From Lytechinus pictus (lineage: Eukaryota), in assembly GCF_037042905.1 (NCBI RefSeq), contig NC_087251.1:46936001-47000000 (forward strand): DNA of 64,000 nucleotides, in the 5' to 3' direction. The notes beneath the pieces were generated by a model. It made no database searches. It worked only from the letters and a program-made list of their open reading frames with translations, and was not told the origin of the DNA. Below are positions 51,734 to 62,164 of the stretch, one piece after another (the stretch's first letter is position 1; every line of letters begins with the position of its first letter). A program made the translations under genes and the position numbers.

Positions 51734-52076
51734 TAAGTTGCATGTGCTCACTCTCAGTATATTTCTTAATGCTCTTTAATGTCAAAGAACACTCAACATA
51801 TGTACTCAGCACCCATGTAAAAAACTTGAACAAGAGAAACATATTGCTGACACATTAAACATGTCTTCAATAATTTTTTGTCACAGAGAAAGAGGAATAA
51901 GAGTGAAATAGAGAAAGAGAAAAAAAGAGAGACCGATTCTGCGAGAATGGAATGTCGTGAAGAGGTTATCAGAAGCAGATGTCCACGGACTAGAGAGGTC
52001 CCTGTGAATGACTAAAAGATGTCTGGGTAGGTTGATTGACATCGCAGGTCTGTCAAGATGTCTAGCATCAATGCCA

Positions 52077-52154
52077 TCAGATCTCACTATGCACCCAGTC
52101 ATCATGATCCATCAGCGTCTCAAACCAGTCGTTACCCACCTCACCAGCAAGGTG
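52077..52154 (-). CDS. Probable terminal coding exon of the same - strand gene (HLAGEVGNDWFETLMDHDDWVHSEI*)
   Basis: Pyrimidine-rich acceptor tcttatctctgtttttgatcgacag. Phase 0 matches the donor at 54454, and the acidic/aromatic peptide ends in TGA. Confidence 0.6.
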   Translation of the reverse strand, partial: HLAGEVGNDWFETLMDHDDWVHSEI

Positions 52155-53365
52155 CTGTCGATCAAAAACAGAGATAAGACGGTACAGGCATTGAGTACAA
52201 TGCAATCATTGCAATTCAGTCTCTGGACTGTGAGGAGGGAAATATTCAATAAAATCTTTCAATTAACACGAGGACATTGATCTTACACTTAAACTATAGA
52301 TATATATATGTCTCCGATGTCACCTACAACATGAAGAAATTACTATAGACCTTGTAATGGACAGTAACTTTGACTACAGTCAATGGCCCGTATTCTGAAG
52401 TCTTGTTTAATTTAAACTCTGGTCTAAAGTTGTGGTTTAACTTTGGATCACTCTATTCAGAGCCATTGATATAATGGCCCTGTTCTTCCTAGGGGTCCAG
52501 TCAAAGTAACATGAGAAATAATATGACATATAATGATACATAATTGACATGCAAAATCCTAAAGCCCCTCTGACAACCGTGCAACATATCTATCATGCAC
52601 CCAACACTAACTTTTTAGTGTTTTTTTAATAAAATCTTTCTGATAGGATTGTATGGTATTTTGAAAGTTTGATTAGCTATCTAACGTTATTTTCATTTTG
52701 TGCATGAATTACACTATTTTCACTACTGTTCTGAGAAGATTGTGTGATATTTCTGTGTTTGGAATTGAATATTGAAATTAAAATAAATCATGATCACTTT
52801 GCTTTTTTTTAAATGAAAGATCTCTTATCTCAGCCACATAATTGTCAAAAGATAATAACCTATTACGCTCTGATTTTCAACTTTCTGTCTCACCCTAATT
52901 CTTAACAGTTTAAGACAGTTTACCAAGCTCTGTGTGACTTTTGGATAGATTCCCAAGAAAAAGACATTTTCGAGAAGGTCAATGTATAGAAGAAAGTTCC
53001 AAACTTTCTCCCTTTTCAGAGCAATTTGGTTTATTTCCTCATTGGCAGTCTTCTCCTGAGAGATAAATCAGATCTTGAGTTAGAAGCCTCGTATGTGGTC
53101 TCCTGTTTGACATTTTGACGATGAGACAGGAATAGATGAGTCACTGCTCATCAAATTGGAACAAAGATCTTCAACATGCAATCCTCAAGGATCAAAGACT
53201 TGTGAGGATCAGTGGTAGAGTACTGAGTGGGTCTAAGGTTCAATACTATGTTGATACTTGATTAACACCTAATAGTTCTTAGTACATGAATAGAATTTTG
53301 GTTTAGCATGGAAGTCTCTTTTTATTCTATTATATTCACCCAATAACCATTATCTATATGAACTG

Positions 53366-53536
53366 GGGTGTGTTTCACAAAGATTTAAGTATGACTTAGA
53401 GTCGCACTCTGACCGCATTGGTCAGATCGTGTCATGAGGACGCGCACTAATGCGTATCTATTGCGCGTTGCATATCATGTACGCGTCGGCATTTAAGTGC
53501 GACTTAGTCATACTTAAATCTTTGTGAAACACCCCC
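53366..53536. mobile_element. Palindromic MITE (CWG-flanked, Harbinger-like)
   Basis: GGGTGTGTTTCACAAAGATTTAAGTATGACT ... AGTCATACTTAAATCTTTGTGAAACACCCCC. Confidence 0.8.
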
Positions 53537-53578
53537 CAGAACTTCAACCTATGGTGATCAAAATCAGAGAAAGAACCG

Positions 53579-53749
53579 GGGAGCATTTCATGAGGTCTTG
53601 TCTTGTCCCATATTTTATCCAAAAGTCCTGTTTAAATTTTATCAAACAGTTACCCTAGGAACTGTGCTTTTCAGATCAGCCAATCAAAATCAAGGAAGGT
53701 TATCAAATCTAACAACTTGTCAGACGAAAGATGTTGATGAAATGCTCCC
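53579..53749. mobile_element. Small MITE
   Basis: GGGAGCATTTCAT ... ATGAAATGCTCCC TIR with an internal AGCCAATCA. Confidence 0.7.
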
Positions 53750-53914
53750 CTGAAATAGTTACAAGAGGCATCGCCATGAATGTGCACAATGTAAGAAAAG
53801 ATAAGAAAACACCATACATTTAAATATTTGCTTCAAGGTTTAATTAGAAACCTGTAGATAAGTATCATCATGATAAACCTTAATGAGCAAGCAACACATT
53901 AAAAATAAGACTAT

Positions 53915-54390
53915 AACTAGAAATTTGACGTGTCCAAAGGACACAGATGCCCACGCTTAACGCGATCAGAAACTCATTCAATATGATTGAACTTAATATC
54001 ATGCAGAACCCAATATGCATATACAGATGTATATAATGAACAAATTTAGACCAACTCGCATAATGAGCTTTGACCTGCAGACTCCGAATTCGAAGATAGC
54101 CTGTATTTTGGTGTCATCTACCTACACAGCCAAATTTTAAAAAATCTGTTGAATATTTCATAAGTTATCATGCAGAAACCAACTCGCATATTTAATGAGC
54201 TGTGACCTTTGACCTGCGGACTCTGAATTCGAACTTGGCCTGTATTTTGGTGTCATCTACCTACACACCAAATTTTTTAAAAATCCATTAAATATTTTTT
54301 GAGTAGTTATTGCGCGAGTATCAAGTGGGGGGACGGACGGAGGCAACGCTTAATGACCCCTCCAGACTTCGTCTGCGGGGGCATAAAAAA
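53915..54390 (-). mobile_element. Helentron-associated non-autonomous element (HINE/DINE-like)
   Basis: Minus strand: T-run, ATGCCCCC..hairpin CAGACGAAGTCTG, (TCCG)n, duplicated AGGTCAAAGGTCAC core units, 3' hairpin GTGTCCTTTGGACAC, CTAGTT end. Confidence 0.7.
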
Positions 54391-54454
54391 CATCTATTTC
54401 CCCCTAAGGTTCATTTCCTTTCTCTCTGATATAATGATTCTAAGATCAACCTAC

Positions 54455-55312
54455 CTCTTGCATCACCTGCACATCATTGTCTTTGACCCCATCTTCCTCC
54501 GCATCGCCAAGGACTAGTCTTGCCTCAGGTTTCCCTGATGAAGCACTCATCCCATCTGTATGCTTGCTGTCACCATCACATGTCTGATACTGACGTAGGA
54601 TTTCTGATGATGATAGTGTAGACGGGCATGAAGTCCACTGGCTTGATGCTGGAGGATTCACTTTGGAAAGTTCTGACGATGATGGCATCCTTGCTTCTGA
54701 AGACTGTTGTGCTGATGGCCACCTTTCTAAAGATCTCTTCTTTCTTTCCTCTGCTGACGAAGGTGAGACTGAAGTCCACTTGTTTGATCCTGGATGACTC
54801 ACTTGAGGAAATTTTGAAGATGATGATGACGATCTTGTTTCTGAAAACTTTGATGATGACATTGTTTCTGAAAACTGTAATGCCGATTGCCTAGTTTCTG
54901 ACGGCCTCGATGATGATGATGATGACAACCTTGCTTCTGAAAACTGTGGTGCCGATTTTCTAGTTTCTAACAATCTTGATGACAACCTTGCTTCCGAAGT
55001 CATTGATGTTGATGGTCTTGCTTCTGAAAACCGTGGGTCTAATTGTCCCATTCCTGAAGGCCTCGCCTGCCCCTCCTCTAGTGATGAAGGAAGCCGACCT
55101 GGTAGAGACACCTGGGACAACATAGAGTTTGATGGTTTGTTTGGCAGAGTCTTCAAGAATGAGGCTGAATGGTCTTGGTTAGGCTCTTGACATGATGATG
55201 GATGGGACACCTTGTGGCTTGCAGGAATACCACTTTGGCTCACTCTTACAGAGTCAGAGGGCGGAGGTCTCGTCTCATCCAGGAGATCGAAATCCGCATC
55301 ATCTTCATTTTC
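54455..55312 (-). CDS. Penultimate exon (286 codons) of an unidentified gene; Ser-rich low-complexity region with SEAR/SETR repeats
   Basis: The ORF 54446-55243 extends upstream in frame (ENEDDADFDLLDETRPPPSDSVRVSQS...) to acceptor ttttattttctggtttacccattag. Donor GAG|gtaggt at 54454. Phase 0-0. Confidence 0.8.
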
Positions 55313-55599
55313 CTAATGGGTAAACCAGAAAATAAAAAAGACTAGCGAAATTACAGGGATCCAAAATGGCAATTTCATAATCAATGGAGGAAATTGTTTC
55401 TTTGGGTCTACAATGAATGCATTCCTCCAGCTTAACATAGAATGTCATATATTATAGGTAAGTCCATCATGTATGGCCCATTTTTGTGAAATACTAGATA
55501 AATTGGAAAACTGTGTCTCATTAACACTAGTCCATTATCTTCTAAAGACTGCTTCAGCAAACAATGATGTCCCACAAAGGTTTACTCATTAAACATCAT

Positions 55600-56022
55600 G
55601 GCCCGAATTCACAAAGGTGGTTTTGAAAACCCACGGTTGAGTCCATGGTTTATGCAGATTTTCTGTATAAATTACGCTTATTTACTGCGTATATTAAAAA
55701 ATGTCCAATGCTGATGCGTGCTTTTGTCACAGTGCGCCTAATCGACGCCTGTTGCCGTGGTTATCCACGCTATTTTATTCATGAGTCCACTGTTTTGAAT
55801 AATGAGTCCACTCTTCAAACACTGGACTCGTGAATAAAATAGCGTATCTTACCATGGTAACAGGCGTCAATTTGGCGCACTGTGACAAAAGCGCGCATCA
55901 GCATTGGACATGTTTTAAACATGCGCCCGATACGCGCTAAATTAAGCGTGATTTATACAGAAAATCTGCATAAACCATGGATTCAACCGTGGGTTTTCAT
56001 ACCACCTTTGTGAATTTGGGCC
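55600..56022. mobile_element. Harbinger-like MITE, full-length palindromic copy, CAT 3-bp TSD
   Basis: CAT|GGCCCGAATTCACAAAGGTGG ... CCACCTTTGTGAATTTGGGCC|CAT; nearly the whole element is self-complementary. Confidence 0.9.
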
Positions 56023-59000
56023 CATGTGTTGCAATTTCAGACCTGATAATCTACAGCCACTGATATATGAATGTGATGTCCATGTAACATTGGGGGAAAA
56101 ATTGATTTCTATTACAACAAATCCACAAAATACTTCAAGATAAAACATGAACTACTACAAATTGGGAGGAGAACTTCTTCACACTGAAACATCAAAGCTG
56201 AGCCACGTCTGAATTGATCTGTTTTTCTTTCTACTATTTCGTAGTCATCCATTCTGCTCATGTAATATGATTATGTAATTAATATGTTTCGGTTTGTCAT
56301 GTTTTCAAGCACTTTTGCTTACAATGGCAAGCCATATTCTGCAACTGATTTTATGTTCAATGATATATATTTCTGATTTATTTCTTATTTATGTATTATT
56401 TCGATTGTGAATGATGTATTTTTCTCCATCATAAAAGACCACAAATAGTAGGGAGGACATTTCATATTGTGTCCCCCCCCCCTACTATTTTTGGTAGGGG
56501 GGATGCCTCCCCATGTCCCCCTGGGATTTCCGCCCATAGGTAATAAGATGATAAGAAATTAAGAAGCCATGGCTTGGATATATGGGTTCAATTTGTAAAG
56601 TAGTGAAATCACGAAAAAGATGCATGATAAGTTCATCTCCAGCTGAATAAAGATAATGAAGCCATCTAAACAGAGAAATGGTAAGGATGTATGGGTTCAG
56701 AAAGTTGTAAGATAGTAAAAACAGGAGAGAAGCTAAGTGCACCTTTGAAGAAGCTTCCCTATAAGAATATAGGTATCTTTTAATAGAAGTGCAAGATAAA
56801 ACAAAGTTTAAAACTACACTGCATGATGCTTACTAATTGACATTGGGAATGTTGTCTTTGAGGGAATAAGCAACTGCTTAAAAGATAAATACCAGTTGTG
56901 GTAACATTCTCAAAATGAGGTCGAAAAGAATCCAATAAAATGACCACCCAAGTGTTTTTATGTATTAATTAAAACATATGTGCAGACCTGCCAACCTTCT
57001 ACAACCAAAAAAAGTATTCTTATAAGGAAAAAAAAAAATTTTTTGATAAAAAAGAGTATTTAAAAAAATTTGTCTCAACGTAACAATCGCCAGCCTATTG
57101 TAGAGAGATCGGTGAAAATACATGTGAAATGACTCTACTTGAAAACTTGATAATTCACCCTTTTAAACGTGTGCTCATAGGCAAGAATTTACTTGTTCAT
57201 TTCATGCAACATGTTACTGGCCCGACAGTGATTTTTACCAGTCTGGGACTGTCGGACCGGCACTAGTGTCACGCACTGTGTATAATACATACTACATGAT
57301 CAGAAATTTTTTTCAAAAGTAACAAATCATACAAATCAATCATATGGGCAATTCCATAGGTTGGTGGACATGAGCTCAATGTGTCTTTGTACATATAGCC
57401 CATCTGAACCGTAACGTGAGTAACCACTTTATCTGCACCCCTAGTAAAAACCATGTGTTCTTTATTTTTTTAATTATATACAAATTTGTCTCCCTAATAT
57501 ACTTCTTTGAAATGGATATAATCAACTTTCATAAAAGCCTTGCATGAGGACACTTTCACTTATGTCCACTTTTCATTTTATGCATGTCCAAATCATGTAA
57601 CATGAGTAACCGACACATTTCAAAGATTTGCCAGGAGCATAATGAAATTTCCCAAGTTTTGTTTTTATACAAAGGATAGTCAGACTGCGTACTGTGTTGT
57701 GAAAAAGAGATGTTTAGTTCCTATCAATAACAATGGAGTTACAGCTCCAAGTATGAGTCAAGGTGTCTCCAAGTGTAACATGAGTAACCGTGGAATGGAC
57801 AATATGTGTATTTGTAGCAAAAAAGAGGAACAAATACTCTAAAAAGGGAACAGTTGGCATATCTGTATGTGCCAATTGGCCCTGGAAAAATATTGATATC
57901 GCTGAGAATTAGCAAAATAAGCACGGAATTCCATAAAATATTGGATATCTTTCCAAGCAATATTAATACACTGTCCCACATATGCCTTTTTGTGTCAGTT
58001 ATCATCAGAATTATTTGTTTCAGCTAAGATTTCGTGATTTCACAAAGATGAGTTGATCCCAATGTACCAGATCGAGTTGTATGATAATACGTGGTATTAA
58101 CCTTGATTTTTAAAAGCTTAATTCTCATGAAATAATTGTCTGCTGCAATTACTTTTTTACCTTTAAAGTGTTCTAGATGTAATAAAGTAAATCTTCTTTT
58201 ATTGTCTTCTTTCGGCCGAGACACTGGAAGTGGGGGCCCTATCATTAGTAGTATTAACTGGACCATGACATAGCAATTGTGATTCACGCCAGTCTGTTTG
58301 CTATGGCTGTATATATATATGCATGCAGTGATCTAAGTGGTGTTTGACAGGGGTTTGTAGGTGTACGTACAGGCCACGGGTTGGTGAGCCAAAGGGGCTT
58401 TGAGAGCGCCTAGGTGAGTTAAGTGAGTACATCCCGCCTGACGAGAAAATAAGCTAATTACAGGGTGCTGTTTTAATTTGTTGTGCAAGGAAATCATTCA
58501 TAAAGCCCGTCTGTTATGACTGCAATGCTATGGCTTCCACGGAAGTTAGACAGGGTTGGAGACAGAGTGAAGGGAGGGTGGGGTCATAACATAAAAATAA
58601 ATTACACAAAAAGCTCTATAGCCACAAAAGTTTCAGGATGTTAGTACAAGAAAGTCAAATATGAAGTAGCATCTTGAAAAGTATATACAACTGAAGTTTT
58701 TCCCCTATTTGCATTGGGGAACGAGCATGTTCTCTCAATAATAGTACAAAAACTATATATGTTCAAAATAACCTACACAACAGTGACAACACTGACAACA
58801 GTGAAAAGGAAAAGTATTCAAACAATTACTTATTGCACATTTTCAAACACTTATTTTTCCTTTCCATGCTAAGTAAAAAAGTACATGAAATGAGAAATGA
58901 ATAAATAATGAATAATCCAAGCATCTCAATTAATTCTTCATATTGGACATCTCTTAAGAAGAACATTCATAATCTTCAAATTGATAACACTAATGATGGG

Positions 59001-59053
59001 AAGGCTATGCCCATTTCATCTTATATCAACTTGGTCTAACGTTATCTAGTCTA

Positions 59054-59495
59054 TATTATACGACACCTAGATAGATCCTTGTGATTTGATTGGTTGTTTG
59101 ATATCATTCATTCAGTCCATTTTGCAATGACGTCATCAACCGTGCAATTTTGGATCCATTCATCGTGCAATTTTGGATCCATACGATTTTGTCCATTGCA
59201 CTCGCGCACCGAGACTGCAGCTCATGCATCAGCAGTGCGCATGTTGTAATGACGTAACAATCAACAGACCGAACTCGCACTGCATGAGCATGTTTTGCAT
59301 CGAAATTCATGAATTTCATATGAAAAAAACAAAAAATCATTTTTAGGTGTCATATAAACCAAATAATGAATGTTTTATCATTTGTGCAATGGACAGAATA
59401 TTTCATTCTGTGAAAGATGAAATAATGATCATTTCATCTTTCACCTCATGAAGTATTCTGTCCATTGCACTCATAAACAGTCATTATTTGTATAC
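59054..59495. mobile_element. Probable non-autonomous interspersed repeat (possibly Crypton-like)
   Basis: TTATACGACAC...TGATTGGTT start, CpG-rich core and ...CATTATTTGTATA end, inserted in the TAGACCAA-repeat region. Classification is tentative. Confidence 0.35.
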
Positions 59496-59559
59496 TGTAT
59501 GTTTAGATGAATTGTCTGTAAACTAAATTTTCTTTTGACAAAGTGCATAATAATGGGAA

Positions 59560-60110
59560 GAAATAAGTGGATATAAGACCATCTTGGCATTAGAACAAAT
59601 CAAAGTAAGATCAAGTAAATATTGTACCAAGTGATGTTTGAACCAAATAGTAATTAGACCATATTGATAGTAGACCGATTTAACAAAGATGGAGTTAGAC
59701 GATCTGATGATTAGACCATATGCTAGTAGACCCAATTGATAGTAGACCAAGTGTGTCTCGCCAAGATGGTGTTACACAATCTGAGGATTAGACCAAATGG
59801 GTATTGACCAAGTGAGGTTGGATCAAACAGTAATTAGACCAAATTGATAGTAGACCATGTGAATCTAATCCTGATGGTGTTAGGATCTGATGATTAGACC
59901 ATCTGCTAGTAGACCAAATGGGTATTGACTGGGGAGGTTGGACCAAACAGTACTTAGACCACATAGAGATCTGATGATTAGACCATCTGCTAGTAGACCA
60001 AATGGGTATTGACTAGGGAGGTTGGACCAAATTGTAATTAGACCAAATTGAGAGTAGACCAAGTGAATCTAATCCTGATGGTGTTAGATTAGACCAACTG
60101 TTTGTAGCCA
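59560..60110 (+). repeat. Degenerate ~15-bp-periodic TAGACCAA repeat array
   Basis: Recurrent (T/G)TAGACCA(A/T) about every 15 nt, with larger duplicated blocks (for example 59884-59962 vs 59968-60047). Confidence 0.75.
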
Positions 60111-60273
60111 AAGTGGATACAAGCCAATATGCCGTTTGCAAAAGAGCGAAGCGCTTCCCATCTAATTTCCTGAGGATCGCGTGAATCACCTTTCCCTTCC
60201 ATTCTCCTGTTACACTTTCATACTTCTGCTAGAACACCATCAGATGGGGCAAAGCGCAATTTATATTCACTTA

Positions 60274-62162
60274 CCCAGGACCAAAATCCAGTTGAAACCA
60301 ATTAGAGCAAAACCAATTGAAACCAGTTGGCCAACTGGTTTCAATAGGGAAATTGGAACAACTGGAACCAATTGAAACCAGTTGCCAACTGGTTCCAGTT
60401 AAAACCAATTGGGCAACTGGAACCAGTTGGCAATTGGTTTCAATTGGTTCCAGTTGAAACCAATTTGAAACCAATTAAGCAACCAGTTGGCAACTGGTTT
60501 CAATTGGTTCCAGTTGTTCCAATTTCCCTATTAAAACCAGTTGGAGCCAACTGGTTTCAATTGGTTCCAGTTGAAACCAATTGGAGGCAACTGGTTTCAA
60601 CTGGAACCAGTTGAAACTAATTGGTTTCCAACTGGATCCAATTGGAAATTCCAGTTAGAATGACTTAATTAGTTACAAATTAATTAGAATTTGCACTAAC
60701 TATATTGCTCATACCAACAAAGAAGCAGTGCTAGATGTTTATTAATACCAATGTAAAGGGCATTGATAAAATAGACTTTCGTAATGTGTATATTTATATG
60801 AAAGATCTTCAAATATATGTATTTGTATTCGATGTAATTTGGTAACAGTTAGAGGTGTACTAATTATCTTATAATCTGTTTTAATTATAATCTATAACAT
60901 TTATGAACATGCCTTTCACTGCTAAGCATTCTAAACACTTATCTGAAACAAGTATGGTACTTGAATTAGAAAAGAATTAAATAGATACATTTTAAATGAT
61001 GATAAATCACATAAAACATTAATCTGTGCACACTGGCAGATAATATGCAAATTAACTGGTTTCAACTGGAACCAGTTGGGTAACTGGAAAATGTCCAATT
61101 GGAAACCAATTGGAAGTCATTTCCAGTTACCCAACTGGATCCAGTTAGGATTTCCAGTTACCAAACAGGTTCCAATTAGAATTAATTTCCAGTTAATCAC
61201 CTTTCCAGTTAGAAGTCATCTCCAGTTACCCAAATTGGTTCCAGTTAGGATTTCCAGTTACCCAACTGGTTCCAGTTAGAAATCATTTCCAGTTGGAAGT
61301 CATTTCCAGTTACCCAATTGGTTCCAGTTAGGATTTCCAGTTATACCCAAATGGTTCCAGTTAGGATTTCCAGTTACCCAACAGGTTCCAATTAGAATTA
61401 ATTTCCAGTTAATCACCTTTAATTTCCAGTTAAAAGTCATCTCCAGTTACCCAATTGGTTCCAGTTAGGATTTCCAGTTACCCAACTGGTTCCAGATAGA
61501 AATAATTTCCAGTTGGAAGTCATTTCCAGTTACCCAACTGGTTCCAGTTAGAAGTCATTTCCAGTTACCCAACTGGTTCCAGTTAGGATTTCCAGTTACC
61601 CAACTGGTTCCAGTTAGAAATCATTTCCAGTTACTGTTTCCAGTTAGGATTTCCAATTACCCAACTGGTTCCAGTTAGAAATCATTTCCAGTTAGAAGTC
61701 ATTTCCAGTTACCCAACTGGTTCCAGTTAGAAATCATTTCCAGTTAGAAGTCATTTCCAGTTACCCAACTGGTTCCAGTTAGGATTTCCAGTTACCCAAC
61801 TGGTTCCAGTTAGAAATCATTTCCAGTTACCCAACTGTTTCCAGTTAGGATTTCCAGTTACCCAACTGGTTCCAGTTAGAAATCATTTCCAGTTAGAAGT
61901 CATTTCCAGTTACCCAACTGGTTCCAGTTAGGATTTCCAGTTACCCAACTGGTTCCAGTTAGAAATCATCTCCAGTTGGAAGTAATTTCCAGTTACCCAA
62001 CTGGTTCCAGTTAGGATTTCCAGTTGCCCAACTGGTTTCAATTGGTTTCAACTGGAAATTGTTATATTCCAGTTAAAACCAATTGAAACCAGTTGAAACC
62101 AATTGAAACCAATTGAAACCAATTGGAAATCCAACTGGTTTCAATTGGATTTTGGTCCTGGG
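60274..62162. mobile_element. EnSpm/CACTA-type non-autonomous element (CCCAG termini, TA-flanked) with expanded subterminal minisatellite
   Basis: TA|CCCAGGACCAAAATCCAGTTGAAACCA ... TGGTTTCAATTGGATTTTGGTCCTGGG|TA. Left arm of AACCAGTT/AACTGGTT palindromic motifs, AT-rich core at about 60660-61050, and right array of TTTCCAGTTACCCAACTGGTTCCAGTTAG units. Confidence 0.85.
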
Positions 62163-62164
62163 TA

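Noticed and set aside
58024..58287. 87-aa - strand ORF as an upstream exon of the Ser-rich gene
   Set aside because: No convincing acceptor/donor pair with a phase matching the 55312 acceptor, and no recognisable motif.
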